A stretch of DNA of 64,000 nt from Carcharhinus longimanus (Eukaryota), in contig JASCQW010000139.1 in the NCBI GenBank assembly GCA_030264375.1, positions 34,644,076 to 34,708,075 of the forward strand, written 5' to 3'. Made by a program: the position numbers and the translations under genes. Below are positions 1-12,221 of this stretch, in pieces. The notes under the pieces were generated by a model. It was not told where the DNA came from, searched no databases, and saw only the letters and a list, made by a program, of their open reading frames with translations. Position 1 is the stretch's first letter; every line of letters starts with the position of its first letter.

Positions 1-1684
1 GATACCTTCTCCCTGAGCAGTTTCACCAGTCAATTGTACCTGTCTATTCCGCCTGTATAAATGGTTGAGAATTCCTGCTTTTGTAGATTAGATTTCGTGG
101 TGTACACCTTGTAGCAGTCTCTCCCCAGCACTGTTAAGTATGGTTACTCTTAACCAGTTTAGGCTTGTTAATTTAAGTCAGTTGCAATCTCATTGTTTTG
201 CCATTGTATGTGAAATGACTGGTAATGGCAGAATTGGCATTCATTTTGACTGGGGATGAGATTGGAAAGTTTCCAAAGGTTCTCATGTTCACTCACCTAG
301 TACTTACTTGCAGCCTTCAGTATGTGATTGCTTTCATTTTGTCTGCTATTGCTTTGTCCTTTTACTTTAAGTCAGTGTTTTCCTGAACTTTTGTTCAGAT
401 TTGAACATTTGTGTCTTTCTGAGCTGTGTCTTTGCACCATTTCTGAGGTTTAAAAACTATTTCTGACATCACATTTCATGTATGAGGACAGCAGTACTTC
501 AGTGTACTCTCAGTGCGAGGGTTGTCGAACTGATCAACCATGGCAGCCTACACTGAGCTTGACTGATGGCAGAATCGCGTGATTAGGTCAAATTAGGTAG
601 TACACTTGGTAAAGGTTTCATTTCCCAAAACCAGCATAAAGGCCAATCCCCCTTGCTTTCAAAATTCAAGCTGGGCAGGTTTAAGGCTGCCAACTCAAGT
701 TGGGATATAATCTTGGAGATTTTTGTCATGACCTCTTCCAACTGCCCCGCCAAGTTAAAGCCATCATTTCCACCACTCTCCGATACAGAAGTATTTGAAG
801 AAAATTGGATGGAGGGGGCAGGGGGGTGAGAAGCTCTTTGTTAATTCACTCTGATTTTTCCCTCCAGGTCAGTTTCAGAAGTGCACAAGTTATTGGTCTT
901 TAATTCCTGAAATATCGGCACCCTTAGACTAGCTGGGAAATACAGTGACAAATAGAATGGAGTTTCCAGAACATCAAGTGCCAGAGTGCTGCGCATGGCC
1001 ACAGTCTGTGCGCACCTCATTGCACTAAATGAGTGACTTCTATCCACATCAGCTGTATGAATAAGCAGTATTAGAATTAGGAGACAGGAGCTGTCTGATT
1101 GGGTCTTAAATGGTGGGATAAGATTGTAAAAGATGTCAATTTTGAAAGCCTGGGAAGTTACATTATTGTGAATCCAGCCCACTTCCAGATTGACTTCTTC
1201 AAATCAGTTCCTTCTTGATGTCATAAAGAAATTGACACAAATGTAAATTGTGTTCTGAAAGCTGTTTGGCATTTTGGAGCAAGGAGGGGCATTCAATGAT
1301 CATTTCTCCTCAGCACCCACCCACCCATGCACATACTCTATCTGATACTCTGTGATCTGGTTTGCAGTAGGAAGTGGGTTTGGTTGCTGTTGTCAGACCA
1401 ATTCTGGCTGCTTTAGAAGGGCTAATTTTGGAGAGACAACGTCCAGGCAACTGTCTGCAGAGTCCACGAGCTGCTACTTCTGCTGCAGGCTTTCTGTCTC
1501 AGTGGGATTTCCCTGCAGAGTGTTAGAACTTATTCCGTGGTGAGAAACAAAAACTTGGGAGTGTTGTTATCCAGAAGGACAGATGATGCTGACTCGCTGC
1601 TACAGGGTACGCTCCTCAAACCATGGAGTCAGGTGAGTAGCTGAGCACCAAGGAGGGTTACCCCTAACATTACCAAAATTCGGT

Positions 1685-2385
1685 GGGAGCATAGCTGTTA
1701 TAAGGCTGTAGTAATCCAAAGACTTTGACTGCTGATCCAGAGGCATGAATTCAGATCCCACCACAGCAGTTGTGTAGATTAAATTCAATAAATCTGGATT
1801 AAAAGCTAGTTTTGGTTAGTTTATTAGTGTCGCAAGTAGGCTTACATTAACACTGCAATGAAGTTGCTGTGAAAATTCCCTAGTCGTCACACTCCAGCAC
1901 CTGTTCTGGTACACTGAGGGAGAAGTTAGCATGGCCAGTGCACCTAACCAGCATCTCTCTCAGGCTGTGGGAAGAAACTGGAGCACCCAGAGGAAACGCA
2001 CGCAGACACGGGGAGAATGTGCAGACTCCACACAAACAGTGACCCAAGCTGGGAATTGAACAGGGGCCCCTGGGGCTATGAGGCAGTAGTGCTAAAACCA
2101 CTGTGCCACCCATTAAGTACTGAATTGAAACTACTGGATTGTTGTAAAAACATATCTGCTTCACTGATACCCTTGAGGGAAGGAAGTCGGCCTGGCCTGG
2201 CCTGGCCTACACGTGAATCGAGGCACACTATAATGTAAATCGTTCTTAACTGCCTCCTGGAATGGCCAAGCAAGCCCCTTAGTTGTCAAGTCAGTGGCTC
2301 ACCATCACCTTTTTCCAAGGACAATTAGAGACAGGCAATAAATGCTGCTTTTGTCAGTAATGCCCACATCCTATTTTTTAATTAA
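1685..2385 (+). mobile_element. Degenerate tRNA-derived SINE with a LINE-type tail, interrupted by an HE1-like SINE
   Basis: B-box-like head (GAATTCAGATCCCACCACAGCAG) and tail GGCAATAAATGCTG...GCCCACATCC. Related copies lie on - at about 3065-3439 and 35745-35975. Confidence 0.55.
1817..2112 (-). mobile_element. HE1-like V-SINE (tail type B)
   Basis: Reverse complement reads GGGTGGCACAGTGGTTTTAGCACTACTGCCTCATAGC...GGTCACTGTTTGTGTGGAGTCTGCACATTCTCCCCGTGTCTGCGTG, ending ...GCGACACTAATAAAC. Confidence 0.85.
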
Positions 2386-4960
2386 AAAATGCTCAAGTGT
2401 CAAAGACTGAGATCCATATCAACCTTTCAGCCCTTTTGTAGAGGTTACTGCTAGAAGCAACTCTCCTCCTGTCTGTGTCCCATTGCCATGCTCTCTTCCC
2501 AGTTGCTGCCTACTGTTGCTGTTCTTCAACCTTTTATAGAGATGGTAGCAGAGTCAGAGGTACCGACTGCACCTTTTAAATCTATAAGTTGCCATCAGCA
2601 GTTGCCCAGCCAAGGCAGTGATTGCATTGATTTTTGAATAGAATGGCACCAGCAAATTTGTGGGAAAACTGTACCTAAGGAATACTAGATGATGGTGTAG
2701 TTCATCAGTAGTGACAAATTTATACCCATCAGTACTGCACCCCAGTGACTTACTTGCTGCATCACTGAGACAAGGTTATTGTTAAAAGGGCCAGAAACTT
2801 CCTTTAAAAACCTTGAATCAAATTTTAAAAAATGATNNNNNNNNNNNNNNNNNNNNNNNNNNNNNNNNNNNNNNNNNNNNNNNNNNNNNNNNNNNNNNNN
2901 NNNNNNNNNNNNNNNNNNNNNNNNNNNNNNNNNNNNAAACCTTGAATCAAATTTTAAAAAATGATTGACTGAATTGTGCTTCAGTGAAAGGTGGGAGATG
3001 GGCAAGTGTCAGTTTCTTGATGCTTACCTCTCCTGATCCTTGCCAAACCTTAGTGTTTAACCTTTTCAGGATGTGGGTGTTGATGGCAAGGCCAGTGTTT
3101 GTGTCCATCGCCAATTTTCCTTGAGAGCAGCTAAGAGTCAGTCACGTTCCTGTGGGTCTGGAGTCACATGTCAACCAGATTAGACCAGGTAAGGATGGCA
3201 TATTTCCTTACCAAAAGGATAGAACATAGAACATAGAACACTACAGCACTACAGGATGTTACTGAACCTGTTGGTTTGAGATGCCAATCGACTATTTCAT
3301 GATGACCATTACGAGAATAGCTTTTCAATTTGAGATTTTTTAAATTTAATTTAAATTCCAGCAGCTGCCGTGGTGAGATTTGAACCCATGACCCCAGAGC
3401 ATTCGCCTGGGTCAGTGCATTATGAGCCCAGTGACATTANNNNNNNNNNNNNNNNNNNNNNNNNNNNNNNNNNNNNNNNNNNNNNNNNNNNNNNNNNNNN
3501 NNNNNNNNNNNNNNNNNNNNNNNNNNNNNNNNNNNNNNNNNNNNNNNNNNNNNNNNNNNNNNNNNNNNNNNNNNNNNNNNNNNNNNNNNNNNNNNNNNNN
3601 NNNNNNNNNNNNNNNNNNNNNNNNNNNNNNNNNNNNNNNNNNNNNNNNNNNNNNNNNNNNNNNNNNNNNNNNNNNNNNNNNNNNNNNNNNNNNNNNNNNN
3701 NNNNNNNNNNNNNNNNNNNNNNNNNNNNNNNNNNNNNNNNNNNNNNNNNNNNNNNNNNNNNNNNNNNNNNNNNNNNNNNNNNNNNNNNNNNNNNNNNNNN
3801 NNNNNNNNNNNNNNNNNNNNNNNNNNNNNNNNNNNNNNNNNNNNNNNNNNNNNNNNNNNNNNNNNNNNNNNNNNNNNNNNNNNNNNNNNNNNNNNNNNNN
3901 NNNNNNNNNNNNNNNNNNNNNNNNNNNNNNNNNNNNNNNNNNNNAGGTTAGAGGGATTAGTGGGTATAATATGTAGGGATATGGGGGTAGGGTCTGGGTG
4001 GGATTGTATTCGGTGCAGACTCGATGGGCTAAAGGGCCTCTTTCTGCACTGTAGGGTTCTATGATTCTAGTTTGATCAGGGTATTGAGAGTGCACAGTTT
4101 TAAAGGTTCAGTATCATTGAGGGAACAGAAATGCAGCATGTAAAGGAGGAGAGATGACTGGTAGTGATTTTAACTTGAGGATCACCACACCTCGGGCAAG
4201 GTTGGGAAGGTGGGCCTTCATGAATAACGAACCCATGCTGTTGGCATCAGCCACTTGAGCTAATGCTGAAATCATTACATCAGCAGGAAGAAATCTTCCT
4301 GTAAAGCATCCAAGGGAGTGACAGACTGAAGCCTTCATCCTGAACTGTTAGCAAAAAACAACGCTGACTTTTTTACTGTTAGCTCCAGTGCCCACTCTGG
4401 TTGCTGTCTTAGATGGAATCAGCCTGTTTGTTACCTCAGTATCCCATTCTACTCTTCGAGACCTATGTCTTCTCCATCTCGAAGGTCACCTTATTCCATC
4501 TTTTTGTCACAGCCTCCCACCCACCGTAAATGATACTTCCTAAATCTCTACAGCCCATGAACCATCTGCTTGTAGATCCTCCTTGTCTCTGCCCTTGTTA
4601 ACCTATGTTTTGCCCCAGGTCTTCAGATTTAAAATTCCAATCTTGTATTTAAACATGTCTTTCTAACTTCATCCAGCCGTACAAATTATCTTCGCTAAAC
4701 TCTTCCCCTTTACTGATTTTGCTATCTGGTGTATACACTCTTGGCCTTTACTCCAACGTGGGTGACTGTGCTTTTAACTACCAAGAACCCATGTCTTCCC
4801 TAAACTCTGTCGCATCCTCCTGCATTAAGGCCCCTTTTGACCAGAGTTTCTCTTCCTTATATTTTGTCTTGGCTCAATGCCTGTTTCCTCATTTGGTGAA
4901 GTGCTTTGGGATTTTTTTTTGTACTTGAGTTGTGTTAAATATGCTGTTTTTGTTATTATA

Positions 4961-5183
4961 CCATCATTCTCGCTCTCAAAATAGTGATTGCCTCATAGAA
5001 TTTGTACCCGCTGGTTTTTAGGTGTAATGATTTGAAGAAGATGTTGTCAACTCAGACTTCAATATGGTATCAGCCCCCTGCCACTCACTGGAGCAGGTTC
5101 CTCATACACTACCCATTCTGTAGAGGGGCCTCTCACTGTCTTTTTTCAGGCAGGCTCCAATAGTCCAATTTCTGGTCTCAGTG
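4961..5183. repeat. Left arm of a ~223-bp inverted duplication (partner 5818-6040)
   Basis: Reverse complement of 5818-6040 with only scattered substitutions. Confidence 0.92.
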
Positions 5184-5634
5184 CTTGTAGTGCAGTCTCT
5201 GAGCATACTCCTGTTCTGAGGGCCTAACCTCTGCATCCCAGGTATTCCCACCTATCTGCAATGTTGAACACACTGGCCGTGAGGTAGTTTGTCATCACTA
5301 CACAAAGTTACAGCTCGCTGTCGCGCAGAAGATACTTTCTTAAATCTCAAAAGAATATGTAGCCTACTGTCGTCAGTCAAGTTTTGTCTCCCAGGTTCGG
5401 ATGGTTGCCAGTAATTATGGGGAATGAAAGTCTTTTTTTGGACTTTCAGCAATTTTTTCAACGTGAATGTAGGCTCAGTTTAAGGCCCCTTTGCTACATT
5501 AGTCTGCAGACCTATCGCAGCTGCTCTTTAGTGCATTGGCTAGTTCCATTTGTAACTTGGTGATTGAAATGCCTGCTGTATTTTTTTAATTTAGGTTCAG
5601 TTGCTGTCTATTGACTTTCTTCAAGTGAATTTAT

Positions 5635-6495
5635 TTTTCTTCATGGAATGTGACCAGTACAGAAAGGTCAGCATTTATTGCCCATCACTAATTACTGTTG
5701 AGAAGATGGCACCCATCTGCCACCTTGAAGCACTGGAACCTACGTGGTGTAGACATACTCAGTGCTATTTGAGGAGGGGCTCCAGGAGTTTCACTTGAGA
5801 GGCATTGTGTTTTCAAACATTGAGACCAGAAATTGGACTATTGGAGCCTGCCTGAAAAAAGACAGTGAAAGGCCCCTCTGCAGAATGGGCAGTGTATGAG
5901 GAACCTGCTCCAATGAGTGGCAGGGGGCTGATACCATATTGAAGTCTGAGTTGACAAGATCTTCTTCAAATCATTACACCTAAAAACAGTGGGCTACAAA
6001 TTCTATGAGGCAATCACTACTTTGAGAGCAAGAATGATGGAGGGGAACTTGCAAGTGGTGGTATTCCCATGCATCTGACACCCTTGTCCTTCTCGATGAT
6101 AGAGGTGGCAGGTTTGGAAGATGCCATTGAAGAAATCTTGGCGAGTTGCTGCAATGCATCTTGCAGATGATACAGTGCTGCCACTGCATGCCAGTTGGAG
6201 AAGTGTGTGACTATTTCAGGTGGTGGATGGGGTGCCAAACAAGTGGGTTGCTTTTCTTCAGATGGTGTTGAGTTTCTTGGTGTGTAGTATTCCATCATGC
6301 TCCTGACATGTACCTTATAGATGGTGGACAGGTTTGGGAAGTGAAGAGGTGAGTTACTCACTGCAAAATTCTGAAACTTTCACTTGTTTTTGTAGTATTT
6401 ACTTGGCTGGTCCAGTTGAGTTTCTGGTTCATGGTAATCCTCTGGATGTTGATAGCAGTGGATTCAGTGATGATGGTGCTATTGGATGTGAATTG
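5635..6495 (-). mobile_element. Decayed non-LTR retrotransposon 3' part (CR1/L2 group)
   Basis: Minus-strand peptide STIYKVHVRSMMEY is an RT C-terminal motif. Same family as 28700-29515, 34350-35130 and 36500-37965. Confidence 0.75.
5818..6040. repeat. Right arm of the inverted duplication, inserted inside a LINE fragment
   Basis: CATTGAGACCAGAAATTGGACTATTGGAGCC...GAGCAAGAATGATGG is the reverse complement of 4961-5183. Confidence 0.92.
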
Positions 6496-7079
6496 TACTG
6501 AACATTGGAAGTGAAGGCCATTGATAGTTGCACTGTCCTGTATTTGACCAGCACTTAGCTTCCTGAATAGTTGGGGAGGATTTCGCTGGAATTATGAGGC
6601 AGGAGGTTGTGTCTTTTATTTTGGGAAATCACAAGTTAAAACCCAGACCAATGTACTGACTAAGTGATTTCACTAAGGTTATTATTACAACCATACCAGT
6701 CTCTTTATATTGCCTGTCTTGTGAGGGGCAATCTGTTGTTGAATACGCCGCTACAGGCTGTGTTTTGAGGGAATTTCTCCAAAAGCTGCAGAATTGGTAA
6801 CAGCCCATGACAGTGTAGATTGCTGTCAGGAGATTGACAGAACTTCCACGCCCTCCATGACAAAATGGTGCCAGGACCGTCCACCTGTGATTTCACAGGA
6901 ATCATTCAAGTGAAAGAATATTTCTATTTTTAAAACTGGAAGTTCTCCGAGCTGTCACTAGAAATACTAAAAACGCCTGATCATTTATTTCACCTACTGA
7001 CAAAGCAGTGACTAGAGGCCAGGTTGCACTTTGTGCGTGGGACTCTGTCTGAAACAGAGAAAATATACAGCACAGAAGG

Positions 7080-8690
7080 ATCTTTACTCAAAAGGCTGTG
7101 AATCTATGAAATTCCCTGCCCAGTGAAACAGTTGAAGCTACCTTATTGAATGTCTTTAAGGCAAAGAGAAATTCCTGAACAGTAAAGGGATTAAGAGTTA
7201 TGGTGAGCGGGTGGGTAAGTGGAGGTGAATCCACGAAAAGGTCAGCCATGATCTTATTGAATGGCGGAGCAGGCTCAAGGGGCCAGATGGCCTACTCCTG
7301 CTCCTAGTTCTTGTGTTCATTTGGCTCATTGTATCAGTGCCAGCCAAGAAAAGCTATCTGGCTTAATTCAATTATTTTTCTTTAAATGTATTGTGGCCTT
7401 TTTCCCCTCCCACCCTTTTCAGGCAGTGAGTTCCAGTCTCCTAAATCATTTCTCCACAACTGCCCTCTAATCCCTCCTGCCAATTACTTTAAATCTATGC
7501 CCTCTGGTTATTCATCTTTCTGCTAAAGGAAATGGGTCAATTCTATCTAGGCCCCTCTTAACTTTATAAAACTTAATATCCCCTCAGCTTCTTCCCTGTT
7601 TCCAAAAAAGCATGACCCCAGTCTTTACTTGCAGTAAAATTCTATATTCGCAGTAGCGTCCTTGTAATTCTCCTCTATACCCTTCCTAGCCTGATCACAT
7701 TCTTCAAGTACATTGGCTAGTACTGTGCAGTACTCCAGTTGTGATATAATTAGTGTTTGATACGGCTCCAGCATAACCTTCCTGTAAGTGTATTCTGTGT
7801 CCCTGGTCAATAAAGGAAAGTATCCTTTGTGCCATCTTAACTGTCACATCTCATCGACCTGACCTGTTACCTTCAAGGATCTGTAGACATATATTCCAAG
7901 GTCCCCCTCTTCCTCCACACTCCTCTCAATCCTGCCATACATTGTGTATCCCCTCCCCAAGTGTGATGTCTTTCACTTCTCCACATTATATTCTAGTTGC
8001 TAGTTTTCTGTCCATCTGATCAATCCATTGATAACTTCTTCCAGTCTACAGTTTCTGCACTATCAATTTTTGGATTGCTTGCAGACTTCTTAATCATGCT
8101 GTTTTCCATTTAAGTCTAACTTGCTATTACATATATAGTATATCAATATTACAAAAAGCACTGGATCTTGTACTGAGTCCTGGAAAATGTCACTGGAAAC
8201 TGCTTTCCAGTCACAAAAATGCCTGTCGACAATTACCTTTTGCTTTTTGTCACTGAGCCAGTTTTGATCCAACTTGTTACTTCCCTTTAGACTGGTATGG
8301 CTGGAATAATTACCTCTGTAATTATTGGCCTCTTGCTATTCTGAACATTCTGGGGTAAGGTTAAATGTCCTGTTTTAAAACCGTAGTAGACTATTCAAAT
8401 GTGCTGCCCTCAGCCTGCCTTGTTACCCCAAAATTCAGTTGAGTTAGGCAGGCATAACCTTTCCCTTAAATGCGTGCTGATCCTGCTTGTTTAATCTGTG
8501 TCACACTGCCTCTCAAAGTTTTCCCTGTTATTTTTCCCAGCACTGTGGTTTGGCTGATTGGCCTGTAATTACCCACATTATCCCTTTCTCTTTTAAAAAA
8601 AGAGATGGAAACTTTACAGTCCTTGCCACTGTGCCTGCAGCCAGAGAAGATTGGCTGCTTGTGCCAGTTTCTTTTCCGAGCTATTCTCTC
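7080..8690. mobile_element. CR1 LINE fragments (3' tail on + at 7080-7318; longer decayed copy on - at about 7320-8690)
   Basis: Tail GGCTCAAGGGGCCAGATGGCCTACTCCTGCTCCT. Minus-strand peptides include NWLSDKKQKVIV...WKAVSSDIFQDSV and YQTLIISQLEYC. Confidence 0.75.
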
Positions 8691-9943
8691 TAACTCCGGG
8701 TGCGTTCATAGTTGGCCAGCAGGTACTGCTGACTGCAGACAGAGAGGGAAGGGGTAATCACTGCATTGACCTCCAAGACGCCAGTTGGTCCAGAGGTCAT
8801 GGGTCAGAGCTGTGCTTTATTCCCATCTTTGACAGATCCAATTTCTTCTGAAGCTTCGATGAAATTAACCCTGAATAATGTCGCTTCCTTAGCCTGGTGG
8901 CTGGGACCCTGCTCTCTGTCGTATAAGAGGTGGGAGGAATGGATGCACAAGTGCCTTATTATTCTTGTCTGGCTGCGGAGGAGCACATTTAAACCCTGCA
9001 GTATTCATTGTCTGACTGCCGAATCTTTCTACTAATCCCAGATCCTTTGACTGATATTCTTTGCGTGGGATGTTTAACTATCCAAGATGCTGCTATAGTG
9101 ATTGATGCTTGTGGAGGGAGGGGCAAGATCAGAAGCAGTAGGGGAGGTCCTGGATTGTGCCCTGACAATGAGAAACTTTAATTGGCTGCATGATTATTGT
9201 GGTCATTGAAAGGGCTCTAGTAAAAGTCGAAAAGCATTTTGCTTTTAAAATCAGGGTTAGGCATCTGATTTATATCTTAAAATTCTGGCTACTTCACTTT
9301 AAAGACTCGAGTGTCCAGCTGAAAAGGACTGGTAAGAATGAGGTGTTAATTTTCACCATTCTTTACAATCTTTGCAGCAGGAAGCTCTCCAGGTCAGGCA
9401 TTAGCGACTGTTCCCAGTTTAAAGATTAGCGTTGAACAGCACCCTCCCCTCTGTTTAGCATTGAATTGCACAGGGGCCTTCTGCACCCTCTGCATGCTGA
9501 TGAAGCAACGTCTGAAATTGCAACCCTTTCATGTTGTAACTTGCACTATAATCCAAGTCATGGACACTCGGATGTCTGGCAGATTTGTCATGTTGGTCAG
9601 ATGCTCAAAGATTCATGTCAGTTCATTCCTTCAGAACTTGCTTGGTGCCTGAGATCACTCGACCTGTTCACGCCTGTCCATTTTGTAATGTGGGCATCGC
9701 TGGCAAGGCTCACATTTGTTGCCCTTGGATGTGGTGGTGAATTGGTGCCACCTTGAATTATATGTTGTAAATGCATTCACGTGCTATTTAACTGAGGCGC
9801 TGTTTGATGTGTTTAATTTTATTTGGATTTATAACTGGACAGATGCTGGAGTATGAGAGTGAGTGGCACTGAACTCAGTACCTGATGGAAAAGCGGCAGC
9901 TCAGACAAGTAACCTGGTTAATTCCCTGTTTCTGTCTGTACAG

Positions 9944-10082
9944 GTGCTGTGAGTGTAACATTTCACTCTCTCACTGGTATTATGAGAAGGAAGGTCGGCT
10001 CTATTGTAAAAAGGATTACTGGGCCCGTTTTGGGGAACTATGCCATGGCTGCTGTGAGCGCATCACCAAAGGGCTGATCATG
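9944..10082 (+). CDS. LIMK1: LIMK1 exon 3 (LIM1 second half, LIM2 start)
   Basis: tacag|G TGC TGT GAG ... ATC ATG|gtaagt; 139 nt; [46 protein letters not shown]. Confidence 0.96.
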
Positions 10083-10653
10083 GTAAGTGGTCTGCATGAA
10101 GAATGGTGAGGCTGTAATGGATTGCATGTGTTTTCTAAAATACCCTCCTTAAATAAGGACATCTTGCATGAATTTGTGGGATAATTGTCATGTCTGCTTT
10201 GGCAGATATGAACAAACTCAGAGTGCCATATCTAACTGCTCATACAAACCCAGTGCAGTTCTGAGGTTGTGAAGCTGGAGTGCAGTTAGTTGAATTCCAT
10301 TCTTACGCCGATGCACATGGAATGACTGGTGTAATCGCTGGGCCGAAATTACTTACGCCACCGCGCGNNNNNNNNNNNNNNNNNNNNNNNNNNNNNNNNN
10401 NNNNNNNNNNNNNNNNNNNNNNNNNNNNNNNNNNNNNNNNNNNNNNTTCTAGCCCTTCTAACACAATATAACGTTGGATGGTGCTAGAATGCACAGTTAA
10501 ACTATAGTTCAATCATTCTATCAACATAATGTGTTCCAGGAAGGTAAGCACCTCAACTCTCAACATCACTTCCAGTTATCCTTGGCAGTGCCACATTAAT
10601 CAGCTGGGTGTGTTAATCTGCACTGTGTGAATCTTTGCTTGTTAATCTTCTAG

Positions 10654-10763
10654 GTGGCTGGAGAACACAAGTACCACCCAGAATGCTTTGTGTGCCTCAA
10701 GTGCGGTGCATTTATTGGTGATGGAGACACGTATGCATTGGTAGAACGCTCCAAGCTCTATTG
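10654..10763 (+). CDS. LIMK1: LIMK1 exon 4 (LIM2)
   Basis: ttctag|GTG GCT GGA ... TAT TG|gtaaga; 110 nt; [37 protein letters not shown]; not in the ORF track. Confidence 0.96.
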
Positions 10764-10924
10764 GTAAGAAGAGTGTGGAGGCCAGATACCTAAGCTAAGT
10801 CTCCATTGTATTTAGTATTACATGATAAGCTGTTGATGGGGTTAATTCTTTTGAGTTTTGTGATTTTAAACTAGTTCGCTTATATTTGTGCTACTGCAGT
10901 AGTTTGGGTATTTTGTTAGCTATC

Positions 10925-11192
10925 TAAGGAGCCAGGGAACTGTGTTCAATTCCAGCCTCAGGTGACTGACTGTCTGTGTGGAGTTTACATGTTCTCCCTG
11001 TGTCTGTATGGGTTTCCTTCCACAGTCCAAAGATGTGCGGGTTGAGTTGATTGGCCATGCTAAATTGCCCCTTAGTGTCAGGGAAATTAGCAGAGTAAAT
11101 GGTGGTGTTACAGGGATAGGGCCTGGGTGGGATTGTTATCAGCACAGGCTTAATGGGCCAAATGGCCGCCTCCTGCACTGGAGGGATTCTAT
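10925..11192 (+). mobile_element. HE1-like V-SINE (CR1-type tail A), 5'-truncated
   Basis: TGTGTGGAGTTTACATGTTCTCCCTGTGTCTG...CCACAGTCCAAAGATGTGCGGGTT...CTGCACTGGAGGGATTCTATG. Confidence 0.85.
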
Positions 11193-11470
11193 GAGCCAAT
11201 CTGAGGTTTTCACTATTGTAAGGAAGATAAGTTACACATTTCAGTGTTAAATAATTCTTGATGCACTGAACATTTCCATAATGTGCCGAAATCTGACACT
11301 GTGTGGTTCCTGTATGGCTTGTGTTGTACTGATAATGTCTCCATGCGTGCAATTTGTTCCAGGTCCTCTGTCCATAAATTGAAACCTGTTCAAATTATTC
11401 TATGGTTCTTGCCTATTTTTCTAATTGCTGTAGAGCAGGAGGAACTATTTTCTCTGATTACATTGAGAGG

Positions 11471-11648
11471 AGTAAAAAGTCTGACAACACCAGGTTTTAG
11501 TCCAACCGATTTATTTGATAATAGACTCACAAGCTTTCGAGGCTTCCCTCTTTGTCAGGTGAATGGAGAGTTCTGGTCTCAGAGCAAAACCTGGTGTTGT
11601 CAGACTTTTTACTGTGTTTACGCCAGTCCAACGCCGGCATGACTACAT
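11471..11648. mobile_element. Penelope-like element remnant with a 28-bp perfect inverted repeat and a relic hammerhead ribozyme
   Basis: AGTAAAAAGTCTGACAACACCAGGTTTT (11471-11498) and its exact reverse complement (11586-11613). Hammerhead-like core on - at 11527-11562. Confidence 0.7.
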
Positions 11649-12014
11649 TGAGAGGATCAGCGTGGAAGCAGCTTGGATATAGTAAGCAGTGCTCGAGGCA
11701 CCTCAGCATTCCTTGTTGCTAGTTTTCTCCTTCTCCACCTCTTGTTAGTCGACCACAAAAGGCCTCATGGCTGACCTATCCACTCTAGCCTGTTTTTGCC
11801 TCTGCAAGGAGCTGCAACAGGAGATTTTTCTCCCCCTTCCCCTTCCCCAAATAGAGATTAATTGTCTTAGCACAGATTAGGTAATGAATATAGGGCAATC
11901 TAATGTGAAGCCTAGTATCTCAAAGGTGCAAATTTTAGATCTTTAACAGAGTTTGGTAACAATCTTTGTTGCTGTTTTATATTTATGCATTTTACCTGCT
12001 TGTGTTTCCTGCAG

Positions 12015-12221
12015 TGGCTGCTGCTATTATCAGACGATAGTCACGCCTGTGATTGAACAGATTCTCCCAGCCTCTCCCTGCCCTCAGATCCCACACACTG
12101 TGACATTGGTTTCAATCACAGCCTCCACGGAGGGAAAGCGAGGCCTCTCTGTGTCTATCGATCAGCCCTGCAGTCCCAGGAGTTCCTCTTCAGAACATGT
12201 GCACACCGTGCGGGTGAAGGA
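12015..12221 (+). CDS. LIMK1: LIMK1 exon 5 (LIM2 end, PDZ start)
   Basis: ctgcag|T GGC TGC ... AAG GA|gtaagt; 207 nt; [18 protein letters not shown]...HTVTLVSI...[10 protein letters not shown]...HTVRVK. Confidence 0.96.

Noticed and set aside
2808-2965. 29-bp direct repeat on either side of a 100-N gap
   Set aside because: Most simply an unmerged contig overlap; a long TSD cannot be assessed without the gap sequence.
3370-4095. Long ORFs in the track here and at 41999-42871
   Set aside because: They are open only because they run through N gaps.
8690-9030. Non-repetitive, GC-richer intronic block with short ORFs
   Set aside because: No recognisable protein or RNA motif. It could be an enhancer, but the sequence alone cannot support that.
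1-9943. LIMK1 exons 1-2
   Set aside because: I found no CxxC...WHxxCF-coding exon by eye. The exons are probably upstream of the window, or hidden in a gap.
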